Shown: in pieces, positions 27,675-40,712 of the stretch | How positions within the stretch are numbered: position 1 is the stretch's first letter | Layout of the letters: each line of letters opens with the position of its first letter | NCBI GenBank assembly: GCA_038496445.1 | Contig: JALMLS010000305.1 | Span: 52,125-116,124 of the forward strand | Reading direction: 5' to 3' | Source: Trichosphaerium sp. ATCC 40318 | Taxonomy: Eukaryota > Protista > Tubulinea | DNA: 64,000 nucleotides | The notes under the pieces: model-generated | What the model was told of the DNA's origin: nothing | What the model saw: only the letters and a program-made list of their open reading frames with translations | The model's database searches: none | Position numbers and translations under genes: made by a program

Positions 27675-30600
27675 TTATAGATCTACAGTATGCATTTTAT
27701 TGTTTAAGCCGCTACTATGTGAAATAGTTTCTCTCTTTTTCTCCAATAAATCTCGCGTGCTTCCTGTTTTCTTCTTTTTTCTTGTTTTCTTTTGTAACTC
27801 ACATCTAACTTTCTCAAGCTCCTTTCTTGTTTCCTCAAGTTCTCGTTTTGTTTCTTCAAGCTCTGTTTGAAAAGTTTTATGATCTACACCTGCAGGTCCA
27901 GTTGTGTCTTTGGTTTCTTGTACTGACGTATTTGATTTATTGGATATATTCGATTTATTGGATTTGCTTGATTTATTTCCTCGCCTGGCTGCCATTGTTA
28001 CTGACCTTGAAGACCTATTTATAGTAGTGAGCAATGTTGTAAATAAAAGTTTTAGTAACATACAAGGCTACAACGTCATCTTCCTTGTTTGTAAAAATAC
28101 ACCAAAGTTTAGGAACGAACATCATACCCATTGTCACTGAAGAAAGCAGTCAGCAAGATAATTCACAAAAAAAAGATGCGTAAGGATGGTTGTACCTGAC
28201 GCTATGAACCAAATACCAAGTGATACGATGATACTCACTGTAGAGTACGATGACGGGGATGTTATGGTGTATCCACAGATGAGCAAGAGTGAGCACCAAA
28301 TCAAATCATTGTAGATGACAGCACTCATCCATTTTGATTCGTTGTACAATGAAGGTACATTACGAACAGAAAACGCAAAATAACATCCTGCAAGTACAAG
28401 TATGCCCTTTGTAGAATGTTAGAACAGAACGATTCTCGTATCAGAATAGAACAGAGCCTAAATGTAATAACGTACTTCATAGGCTAAAGTGAGAATGAGA
28501 AATATTTGGCCATGTTCGCTTGAGCAGTATTCAAGTTTAAATAGAACACTATCAGGATCGTTCTTGAATCCAATTGTATTCCTGGATACTGCTGTCCATA
28601 AAATCAGTATGATCTGGATGGTCAAGGACTAGATACAAAGAAGCGAAACGAAGTGAAGTTGGTAAAAAAGAAAAGATAAAGGATACGAGTTGGAGAAGAA
28701 TACCAACAGAGGTGATTTGTAAAAGTTCTGGGAATGATATGATGGTATTCGTTAGACTTTCCATGTCAAATATGAGTTTGATTCTGTATGTCTTTGCGAC
28801 AAGAGGCCTACGTAGAAAGTATGAATACAATGATAACACCAAAACAACATACGCAAGCATTATGACAAATCCCACTGCTGGAAACCAAACTCTAAGCTCA
28901 CAGAACGCATCTGATACTGGCGCAATCCTAAGAAGGAAATTAGGAAAAGAAACACACGGAGAAAGGGATTGTACGTACCACATAAGTGCACCCAAGTATG
29001 ATATTAAAATACCAAGAAGAATGACAATCAGAAACTCTCTTGTTGATGCTCGGAGGATAACTGATGTATTCCTAAAGGGTTATCAACCGAAATAACACAA
29101 ACAATTGTTTGTACCAATAAACGATAACAATTGTTGCTGTTACCAACGTTGCTATGACACCAATGGCAACAAGCAAGATGACAATGATTGATGCTGTATC
29201 AGTCCATCTACGCCATTCTCTCACTGTCCTTGGTTTCTCCTCAACTACGATTGACAACTGGTCTTTATTTGCCCTAGTTATGAGAGCTATAGTGGTATTG
29301 TTTTCGTCAACAAAAACAACACTGAACGTGGTATTATCCAAAAGAGCACGTGAGGTGTTAGAAAAAGTCATCAATAAAATGTCATCTCCAACTTCCAACT
29401 TTGTAAAGTCTTCAACAGATACTCGTATGACCCCATTAAACGCAGGAGTTTTCAACCATGTTATGTATGAAACACCGAGAGTCATTTGAATAGCACTGTC
29501 ATTATCAAATGTCATATCGCTCAATACATCAATAGGTCCCTAATAATCGCATTAGTTTTGTAAGTCTCACGTGATACTTGGAAAGTGATAATAATTACAA
29601 AAGACGTACGTTCACAAGAAGTGTTGATTTTTGGAAATAAAAATGAGTTGTGGTATCCATCAGTTGTACATCTCTTTCAACAATCACAGTCGCTCCATCA
29701 ACATTATTTATCTTTGTGTTTTCTGTATTAAAAACCCGAACATCAATCTCCTTTATTAGTAACGTTCCTTGTGCGATACAGTTAGTTCATAGCCACAACT
29801 ACAAGCTATATAAAACGTACCTTGATTCTCAATAACGAGATTCCTCAATGCAATATTTGACAACCTAAACTGTGATATGCAGTCTGGTCCCAATACTAGG
29901 TGTGGGTTTGTTTCTAGTGATTGCTTAACCAACCTTTTCGATGTTGGGACACCCTAATAAACGAAATCAGTCTTAAGCGCCCAATTTAAGCGTACAATGA
30001 TAGTTCCTTGAGAAAGATTAAACTCGCTGTTGACATTAATTGACACACTAGAATGTATTCTAATGTGTCCTACTATCATATTAAAGACATTGGTATCAAG
30101 GTTCTCAACAACTTCAATGGTATAATCAGGGACGTGTATGCTCTCATAAACATTTCCTGTGTTTCCAATATTAAACTAAGAGTAAGAAAAAAGTAAGAAC
30201 ATACCAAAGTTGCCTCCAGGTAGAAACCCTTCAAAGTCATAAGGCGACGATTCCGAGAAATGACTGTTTGTCACGGATATAAACTCATCTCCATCAATAC
30301 CTATCAAATGATGTCAGTCGAACAATAGTAGAAATATAGGAACGTACTGTGTTCAGAGTTTGCAATAAAAGTGCATCCATCGACTGAGTTCTCGCCTCTC
30401 ATGAACAATCCACCACCGAGTTCAGCTACGTTGTTCACAAATGTACAATTGCTGAAAATAGCATTATCTGAAAAGTCATATAAGGCCCCTCCGCCAGTTC
30501 TATCAGCTCTATTATTGCCAAAGTAACAGTTTGTTATTGTTGAGTTTTGGTTATTAATGCGAGAAAAGAAACCTCCTCCCTTTAAAAACAACTTAGCATT

Positions 30601-33029
30601 GCAATATACAAGATTGAAGACAGTCAACGTACACTGTTCACAGCATAGTTATCCGTAATATTGAGGTTCTTCAATACAATCCCTATGTTGTCGTCGTGAA
30701 CGTAGACACCTCCACCGATATTTCCCGCAGAGTTGTTTTTGAACACAGAATCTGAAATAGTCACTTGTTCATTTTCAAATCGAAGTCTAATGCCACCTAC
30801 AATAACATTAGATTCGTTGATGCTGAACCAGTTGACAAATAGCTTACCTGCCCTGTCTTCTGCTACGTTATTGATGAAAATCAAAGATTCAAGAGTCACA
30901 TTTTTATTTTCATCGTTAACTTGAAGTCCTCCTGCATCATCAGCAGCATGGTTCTCTATGAATTGACAGTTTCTAACATTCACGTTCACATTTCTATCGG
31001 TAATCTGAAGTCCTCCTGCATCAACAACAGCGTAGTTTCCCTCGAACTGACTACTTTGTATGGCGACATTCGTATTATTTTCATCAATCTGAAGTCCTCC
31101 TGCATTATTACCAGCATGGTTCCCCGTGAACTGACTGTTTTGTATAATGACATTCGTATTTCCTTCGTTAACGTTAAGTCCTCCTGCATTATTATCAGCG
31201 TGGTTCCCCGTGAACTGACTGTTTTGTATAACGACATTTGTATTTCCTTCGTCAATCTGAAGTCCTCCTGCATCATCAACAGCATAGTTCTCTATGAACT
31301 GACTGTTTCTAATAGTGACATTCACATTGTCATCATTTACTCCTAGTCCGCCAGAGTCAACAGTTACTCTGTTTCTCTCAAAGAGCACGTGATCTATTAG
31401 TATGTTTTCACAACTAATCATAAATAATCCACCTCCTCTTCTTGCTATGTTCCCTCTATAGAAAATAAAGAATGAGCACTATGATCATCTCTCAGTACAC
31501 CTTACCTAAATGTTGAGTTCTTCACAACTATCTCGCTTAAAGTATCCAAGTAAACCGCTTTGAAATAGTCAGTTTGTGGTGGTCACGTGTCTATGTAAGC
31601 GTACTTCCTCTACCAGGTTGTGTATTGTTCTCAAACAAGGAATTGTTTATATTTATTGTTGAATCATCAGCATCTAGAAATAGTTATAATTTGAATCATG
31701 AAAAGTGTTCTTACATATTGCTGCACCAGCATCTGCGCTTCCGTTTGTGAAATTACAAGAATCTATTGTTAAATCAACTCGAATCACATTAACTACGCCT
31801 ACAGTCGAAATAAGAACAGTTGAAATACAAGATTGGTTGTACCTATTCCGGTTACTTTATTATTGTTAAAGACGCTATTGAAAACGTTGACAATTGAGTC
31901 TCTTGCTCGTATAACGCCATACCCTATCAGAGGGCTTATAGTATTGTCTAAAAACTTGACACTAAACGAATAAAGTAAGACTACATTATGACTTGGTGAG
32001 CGTAAGGTGTCTATCTACTCCGTATTTTAAGACAGATTTAGATTGACTTAAGGCAAAATAGTGTATTAATTTATCAAAAACTAGTGTGATAGGCGTACTT
32101 GGTCATGGTTAATATCAATAGCGATGAATTCCCTTCGACGTTCACGATGCCATTGCGTCTAGGTTGAGTACTATCATCACTGGATAATCCACATGTATTA
32201 TCAATAAAAGTGCAGTCACTAATCGAAGAGTTAAAAAACGGTAAAGTGGATAAATCTCAACGTGCGCCTACCGCAATGCCAAGACAACAAAAAAAAAAAA
32301 ACTAAACCCGCATACCTGAAAAAAATACTACAGTCTCCTTCCGCGTAAAAAACAGAACCTCCTCTGCCATTCTAATCACAAGTAAACAAAAACAAACCAA
32401 ACGAATAAAAACAATCCAAACCCAAAACTCAAACTCAAAACAACATTAAAATCACGTACCGGTGTATCTGGAAACTCTTCAGGGCATACAGCGCTTTTAA
32501 AAATAATATTTTGAAACGAAATAAAAGTCACGTGATTATCTGTTCCACATTCGGGAGCCAAAAATAAGTAGTTTGCGTTTTCGCCATCAATAATTGTCTC
32601 TCCGTCATTTGTTCCTATTACGGGCGCCTTTATTAAAAAAGAAGCATATTGAATATGTACCTTTGATGGTTATATTGTTAGGTGTATAGCCATTAGGCCA
32701 TTGTAGGCGAGAGTTGTTGGAGCCTAGTTTATTACCATATCAAAATACGAACATACTCGACATGACTATTCCCTTACCTTTGTATGTACCCTGACCCATT
32801 TCTATGACATCTCCAGGCACAGATACAGAAAAAAGAGTGTAACGAAGGCTTAGACATGGATTGTTTTCATCCAAACATTCCCCAACGTCCGTTCCTAGCA
32901 TATACATTAACAATAACGCGTTTTCGGGAAAACCTTACCCGTTGTAGTTACGAAACGACGGCTGCACTGTATCTCTATAAAGAACAAAGCTACCAATACA
33001 ACCCCAACCCCTCTACTTAGTATTTTCAT
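27675..33029 (-). CDS. Class C 7TM receptor with expanded beta-helix ectodomain, copy 3
   Basis: Near-identical to copy 2 over most exons and introns, plus four extra 28-aa rungs. Confidence 0.85.
30860..31340 (-). repeat. Intragenic 84-nt (28-aa) tandem repeat AGGLQIxxxNTNVxIxNSQFxxNxAxxx
   Basis: aagtcctcctgca recurs at 30924, 31008, 31092, 31176 and 31260, an exact 84-nt period. Confidence 0.9.
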
Positions 33030-33979
33030 TCTCCACGTGGTGTGGTGGCCAGGTGTACAAAACTAATGTAATTGATATGTGTACCTAATGTTTGAAAATT
33101 AAAAACGGCATAGAATTTCCATGGCTCGTACGAGACCAGTACAATTTATACTAGCTACATGTTGAATCAAGCGTTCCGCTATGGTTTTTTTTAATGAATC
33201 CATCTTGCCTTCTCCATACCTGTCTCATAAGTGCACACGGATAAATAATTTACCCTTTGGCAGTACACTTTTACGGACAACTTGAGACGCTTGTATCAGG
33301 AACAAATAGAAATAAATTTAATATTTGTGCTTTCGTGCCTTGAGAAAAAAAAGTTATTTTCGCCCTTTTTTCAGATATTCCAAGGTTTTACCTTTTGATT
33401 TAGATTGTTTGGACTGTTTACAGACAACGTGTTTATATAATTATGTCCATGAACTCCGTCGGGCTAGTATTTTTAGCACTCTACTCTTGATTTTAGTCGT
33501 AATCACGTGCAGTTCTGCTGTGCTAGCTTACATTACTCGGGGTTAACTTTCATTGGCTTATATTGACAATCTAGGCTTAAAGCTAAAATATCATACAGTT
33601 TGTTTCAAATTACACCTCTACTTTACGTCTTAGGTGTAATACAAACCACAGGTAGCTAAACATCATAAAATATCACATTCCTTTTAAAATTACTGTTCTG
33701 TTAACAGAAATTATACAGCGTGCCCATGTGGTAGCTACTTTTTAAACTCACCAACCCTTCTATGACTTTTCTGATAACCACAATTGGTAAATACAGCATC
33801 ACCAACGTGAGTGCCGCTTGGTTACAGTTCCTACGACTTTATTTGTCACGTGACACGGAGAAAAAAAAACCCCTTTTGGCTGAACACTTTAACATCACTT
33901 CCTTAGGTGAGGCGTTGAGAACGTAGAAACTGTCTGGTATCTAGATTTAATATTATGTTGGCCGTGGTAAGGATTGCCA

Positions 33980-34900
33980 GCAATAAAATTAATACGCATG
34001 GTAGGAAGAGACGCTGGAGATTGTACAGATGAATTACACCCTTGTCATAGTATTAGATACACTCTTTTAAAGGTATCTGAGCCAAAGGGACGTCATAACT
34101 ATGTCTGGAACATATGGAGGCGTATTTAGCATTCAAAGTACGTGTCTGATGAAAGTATCTTGTTAACCAAACCAACATCATGCGTGAGCAAGGTCTTGTA
34201 TTGAGGTGTACATGTCACCTAGAGTAGTGACTTATTCGAACATAGGCATTGTTAGTCTGAATCAAGTTAATGCAATAGTGGATGGTTGCACGTTTACAAT
34301 GGAGTAGCTCGTCGCGGATCAGGATACGTACAAGAACAATAACATAGATATAACCGCGTCAACAATAGATTTAAGAAATTCTGTTTTTGAGAACAACATG
34401 GTAACTGACCTTGCAAGTACGCTATCATGAAAACATTGTGACCACTTTATAATAATGAACAGCTTTTAGCTGTTTTATGTTATTGCCAACATAGGGAAGT
34501 ATTCAAAACTGCTCTTTCAGGAAAGCAGTAACCCGTTCCTGTTTAGGAGAAACATAGCAAGAGAGGAGACTTCTCAATACGAGGGCACTGTTTGTGGAAG
34601 CAGGTCTCGACCAGACAATGCTGCTGGAGCGGCCATAGAAGGTGACAATGTCAACGTCACAATCACAAAAAACCGATTTCGTTGCGAATCGCACTGATAT
34701 CGACGCAGCAGGAATCCAAATTAATGACAGAAACATAAATGTGTTGCTTGAGTCTGTTAGGTTTATCAATAACATTGCAAGATAGAGGTATGCTGTGTTA
34801 ATGTGTATCACGATAGTACTTATTTTATTGTAGGTGGTATGCTGTAGTAGTAAGATTTTCCAGGAAGGAGTGACTATCACAGATTCTGTGTTTAAGACAA
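33980..34900 (+). pseudogene. Inverted, internally deleted pseudogene of receptor copy 1 (ectodomain only)
   Basis: Successive blocks match the reverse complement of about 18620-18490 (DAGDCTDEL.PC.SIRYTLL), 17700-17230 and 16700-16430. Introns are retained, with frameshifts and large deletions. Confidence 0.85.
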
Positions 34901-35330
34901 CTCTTCCTTCATACACAACACTCACAATAAACCATATTACCTAGACGTGTATGTGGTACCGATACAGGGAAAAACAAAGGCGAAAAGAAGGCCTTAAAGT
35001 TTGAATGATCGTGGCTATTTGTAATCACTTGGAATTCAAATCGCCGGTCTTTTTTTTCTACGCCAACGGCGCGTTAGCCTTAACTTGTCGCTCAATACCT
35101 GAGCTATGTGCTTTTTATGCAAACAAACACTTGAATATAGCACATAAAACAACAAATTATTTAATTTATAAAACTGAGAGGTGGTGGTTAATGTGTTATT
35201 TTGCGACAATTTTTTTTATGTTACAAAGATTTTTTCTCTTTTTTTTTTTGTGTTGTACAAAAAAAACCAAGAAATCATGTTATTACAATTGTGCATTTGA
35301 CAGATTGAGTGTGAGGTAGTTTTTATGATA

Positions 35331-38163
35331 CTAAAATGTTGTATCACCAAAGTTTTCATATTCTAATAGTGCAGACATTAAGTCATCATTAGCAGCATCA
35401 GAATCTTGACCTATTTGGAACACGAAAAAGTTAGAAAAAAACAAGAATCGAAAACAGTTTGAGGGTTTGAGGACTATTCCCTTACCTTGTGGTACTGGTG
35501 GTGGGCTTCTTGGTGGTTTAGGCGGTAGTATTTCGTCTAGAGCATCACGGACAACTGGTTCAGTGTTATCCTAAGAATGAAAATAATTAGGGCTTCATCT
35601 AGTACAAAGTTCTTTTAAACTTACGATTGCTTCATCATTAAAATAATCATCTGAAAGACAATCTAAATCATCAAGTATATTTATAGAACCACTATAGTAT
35701 AGATAGTCAGAAACAAGTAATACTTAGAAAGAGGTAAACGGCAACCCAACAGCAGTAAGGAGGCTCTTCAGAAAAATATCGGAAAAAAAGAAAATAACAA
35801 GAAACAAAAAAGAAAAACAACTGTAAAGCATTTCTTACCGAGTACTTGTCCTCAACAATCCAGAAACCCGTTCTTGTGTTTGCTTATAACCACCTTCTAA
35901 CATATCTTCAAGATCTCTAATCTCATTACTGAGTTCAGAGTCAAAAGTTTTTCGATGCTCTGCACTTATTGATGCAGATGATCTGTTCGACTTTGGCTCA
36001 ACTGGACTTGGTAGCTCATCGCTATGATCAGCCAGGAATTTATTTACAGATTCCATTTTACTCAAAGTATTAGGTGAAGGCCGCAACTAACCACAGAGTC
36101 AGAAAAAGTAATTCAACCAAAAAAACTCCACAAAAAACGGTTCGTGTAGTTATTGTTATCACTACGTGTAGTACGTACAGAATGTGGTCTACGTGTTGGT
36201 ACATTTGTACTAAAAATTAGCTTAGATTGATTGTAAATAGAACAAGGAGGTTTCCTATCTAACGTACTTTGATACTTTCTCTGTGCTACCCATTTCTAAC
36301 TCCAAAAATTTCAACTAGAAAAAATTACTTAAGTTTGCTTCGAAAATGGCTTAGTTAGCTTTTAAATGGTACCTCATCATCTAAGTCACCCAAAATAGTC
36401 AGTTTTCTTTCATGACCATAACCCAATGAAGAATTATTTCCACTTGGTAAACGCGTGTGAGCATTTCCTGGAGTTGGCTTAGAGCTTGGTTCTCGATGAT
36501 TAGCAGCTAGTTTAAGTCAGCGGATAGAGAACGTTTAAGTAATCATAGTTACCTAATGTTGCTCTCATCCCTATTAATGGGTTTGATCTTCTGTCTGGCA
36601 CTTCTTGTTTTGTGATATTATCTTGCTTAGGCTTTATTTCCGGACTCTTCTGTGTCTCTTTCTTATTTGTACCAGCTCTCTTCCTTGGCGGAAGCGTTGG
36701 TGCTGATTCTTCAATATCTTCTTCCACCTCTTGTGTTGGTTGCACTGGCGCTGGTGCTGGCTTATTTTTTTCTGCCTGAAAAAAGCTGTAAGTGATATGG
36801 TTTACGCGCTTGTTGTATAATAAGAAAACCTACTGGTGCGTTTTTCTTTACAGTATGCATCAATACCTGCACTTGACGAGCAGGTTTAACAGAATGTTGA
36901 CCAACTCGTTTAAATACACGAGCTGTTTGTTGCTTAGGCTTGCTGGCAGTTGTTTTGCGGCCTAAGCGAGGTGGAGAGGTAGTTGAAGCCGGATCGTGAT
37001 GAACTCGTCTCTCGCCTCTATCAACTCTACTCTTGTTCGGAGAGTTAAGTATGGGTGATGGTGTTCGCTGTGCCTTCTTTACGAGTGGACTAGTAGGTCG
37101 AGAAGTTTTCTTTGCAGCTACGCGCTTCAACTGTTTCGGTTTTTCTTGATCTGGAGCCGTTGAAGGCTTATGAATAACAGGCTTAGCTGTTGTATTGTTT
37201 GATTTAGTCGGGAAACTGTATTTTGTTTCTGAACTCTTTTCTTTGACTGGCGGTTTGATGACTTCTTTGTCACGTACTGGAACCTTAGATACAGGCTAAA
37301 GGAACTAATGAGTAAAAGAAGGTGACAGCGGGTACGAACAAAAAAGAAAGCAAAGTGTTACCTTCTGTTTGACTGGTGGTTCCGTTGGTTTTGCAGCTTC
37401 TGTTACTACTGGTTTTCGTACTATAGTGCTCCTTTCAAGTTGTGTTGATTTTGCTCTTGGTGCACCATGGTACAGCGTTCCGTTTGTGTTATTGTTCTCT
37501 TGTTGTTGTTCTTTCTGTACAGGTACACTAAACGCTCTTACTTTCCTAAAGCTATCATCCTCATCTTCAAAAACACATAGATCTCTACACTGCTTTAAGT
37601 GTTCGCGACGGTTTGTAGAGCCTGGTTGAGGTGGTTCCTTGCATTGTGCAATAATATCCCAAACGACATTCACAGCCTACAATTAAAGGGTTTAATGAAT
37701 AAGACTACGTAAGGGTATTTATTTATCAAATGGCGACGTTCTTTGGCGGTTAAGGCTGTAAAATCAAAACGTACATTAATTAATGTTGCCAAAAACGTAC
37801 CGAGCGCTGAGTCGCTCGCTTCAATCAATAGCGTCTTTCCTTGCTTGGACATAAGCATTTGTAGCAAAAAAAGAAAAACAAACAAGCATACGCACCAGTG
37901 CTTATTACTTTTACTACGTGAGGCCTCAGGTGCTGTGAAAAAGGTATTATCCACGGTTTTCGTGGCGAGAACCCTATACAGTACTCGACACGTTTAATAA
38001 ATGGAACAACCTGTTGTGAAACCAATATATACTGTTCATAAGTGCCTGTTGTATTTTTGAGCTAAAAATCAATAATATTTCCGCTTCACATACCAGTACG
38101 CGCTGTTGCTGCCACTCGGAACAGTATTTGTACTAACGCCTCGCTGGGCTCCCGAATAGACAT
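35331..38163 (-). CDS. Hypothetical protein: small folded N-terminal region and a long K/P/S-rich disordered region
   Basis: Consistent GT-AG spliced exons from MSIREPSEALVQ to ...LLEYENFGDTTF*. No domain confidently recognised. Confidence 0.55.
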
Positions 38164-38410
38164 ATGCTACTGCTACGCTAGTAGCAGCCCTTTTATGGGT
38201 TAATAAGCGTATGTATGTGACAGTCGCGGTAAGATAGCCGGATTTAAGGCAGGAAATCAGAAACGATATTCTGAGTACACTTCTAACGGATGTACCATAC
38301 GTATCGACGCAGTATTGTTACATTGTATTCTATTGAAGTTCAAGTCATGTGTATGCGCGATACTCAGTTTTATTTCTCGTTCTTACATAATAGTACATGT
38401 TTTTAATTAT

Positions 38411-40712
38411 TTACCGATCTCTGGTGCTACGCTCACGAGAACGTTTTCTCCTTTTACTGTCTTTACGACGTTCACGAGAGTTACTACGTCTAGAGCGTTT
38501 CCTACTGCTCTCTTGTATATCTCTACGTTCTCTACTGTCAAAAGGTTAGTTGTAGAACAAAAAAGATGCTGTTGATACTCCATAGTCTGCTTTTCTTTGT
38601 TTATAACACAAAGTACATGCTACAAGATGCAAAATGCTGGAAAATACAAATACTAACCTGTCTTTACTTGGACTCTTACTCCTAAAGAAAAAAAGGTAAG
38701 TTGCCGAAAAAGGATACAAAATGATTTCAATGAAGCTGACTAGTCGCTGCGTACCTGTTTCTATTTCTTCCTCTAGGAGGTGTACCACTCCTACTAGCTT
38801 ATAAATCTTCATATTATAACGATAAACAAGGAAAACTTACCTGCTTCTACTCTTACTACGTCCACCTCTTGGACTACGATCTCTATACCGTCCACGGTCT
38901 CTGTATCCTTCACTGCTTCTTGGAAAGTAAAATGCAGCAGGATTAGGCGGAAAGTAACCTCCTTTTAAAGAAATAAGTATCAAGCAACACTAAGCAACAC
39001 TACTTACCGCGCATTGGAGGCCAATACGGTGGTGGTCCACCATGAGGTGGCCTTCCATGAGGTGGAGGATTTCCATGATTTCTTCCACCTCTATAGTAAT
39101 TCGGTCCACCGTGAGGCTGCCATTTACCACGTCCTTCTCCTTGATCGCGGCCCTGGAAATTATTTCGATTGTTATGACCGCCTCTATAATTTCCTCTACC
39201 TCTACCTCTGCCTCTACCACGACCTCTGCTAGAGCCTAGACATCGTAAACAAATATTTCTTTGGACTCAGTGTTTCGCGTAGACAGGCTTGTGTAGAACG
39301 TGCCATTTTTCATATCTCCACCTTGCTTTTGCTGCCATTCAAAGCGTTCTTTACGTCCTCTGTTGTGAGTATTTAGTTTCTTAAATGCTTCTGTGGTTGT
39401 CAAGTGCAAACTTAATTCTTTCTCATGGAGAACCCTGAAAGAAATAAGCACGGGCGGGAGTTTTAACATAAAGTTATTTAATGGTTTTTTTACGCACGGT
39501 TTACGTGCTTGCAGAGCGAGTAGCGCTTTTGTCGTTACATTATTTTCTGCAAACTCTACAAAACAAAAGCCACGAGATTTTCCGTTTGTTTTATCCTCAT
39601 GAAACCTCAATTGCTTCAATCGACCAAATTCACCAAGCAGATCGAATATGTTTTGATCAGTTGTCCACTAAAACAAAGCCATTAAACTCTTTGTAAGTAC
39701 GTATACAATAAATTATGAGTTATTTTAACCCATTACCGTTGATTTCAGCTCTTAAAGTGCGTTGGTAAACGTAGAACAACCGTTTTTTTGGAGAAGAAAA
39801 AATTCCGCTTAAAAAATCAAAAGAGTTTCGTTTGTGAAATAAGAATCTTACCCAAGTCAAGTTGCCTATGTACAATGCTTGGTTTCCGCCTTTTATGTCG
39901 GTAAGAACCAAATTGTATTAAAAATTATCACGTAGAGCTATAAGTATGTGCAGTGTGTTTGTACCTCTGAGCAAGAGCCCGTTGAAGGGTTTGCAAGGGT
40001 TTATTTTTTTTTGTTTTTCAAAATTTGAAAAAAAATAAGAGGTAACCAAAGATACGACAATGAACGTGCGTAGTGAATGGTTTTTGTACTTCTCTTGGTT
40101 TTCGAAAAAAAAAAAACCGTCTTGTGGCTTTAAAGTGTCAAAATTAAATTCAAAATTGCTCTCATTATCGCTAGGTGCGATTTTATTCGCCGCTAGGCTA
40201 CAAAGGAGTTTGAGCACACCTGAACCTTTTTCACCGTCTGAATCATATTCAAACACGCGAGGATCTACTTGTGGTTGTGTTTCTGGTACTCTTTCTGGAG
40301 TTCGCTATTGTTTGTGAGTTTTAGCCAAAAAAGTAGTGTAATAGCGCTCAAATGTTGGCTATACCTTCGGAGATTGTTCTGGTTCGTCTTTTTCTTCCTT
40401 TGCTGCTTCATACAAGTCGTTGTTATTATCGTCTGTAGCGGTTACAAGATCATAATCGTCATCTTGCTAGTAACAGTAAACCAACTATCATTTGACACTT
40501 TGCAAATTGTCTGTAAAAGCGCAAAGAGTATTTTGTTGTATTATAAAATTACTGCATGCGAATGTGCATGTCCTGCGTACCTTTTCCTTGTCGTCAGTAA
40601 ATGTAACGTCGTAGTCGTATATATCAACTTCCTCGTCGTCTTTTGGCGGCGATTTGGACTTACGACTACTCGACGAGGGAGAGCGCGAACGGCTACGGCT
40701 TCTGGAGCTCAT
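38411..40712 (-). CDS. CPSF6: Cleavage factor Im large subunit (CPSF6/CFIm68-like): RRM plus RS domain
   Basis: VDIYDYD near the N-terminus; RRM ALYIGNLTW|WTTD...LRFHEDKTNGKSRGFCFVEF; RGG and Pro-rich middle region; C-terminal RS repeats. Confidence 0.85.

Noticed and set aside
30860-31340. Regularly spaced repeats as a CRISPR-like array
   Set aside because: In-frame protein-coding repeats in a eukaryotic exon, with no unique spacers or cas genes.
37670-38030. RUN-domain-like ending (ALGTFLATLINVRFDF) in the hypothetical gene
   Set aside because: The resemblance is limited to a few residues.
39890-40219. Long CPSF6 intron as a possible poison-exon or autoregulatory element
   Set aside because: Flanking exons join in phase; no convincing cassette exon or UGUA cluster was seen.
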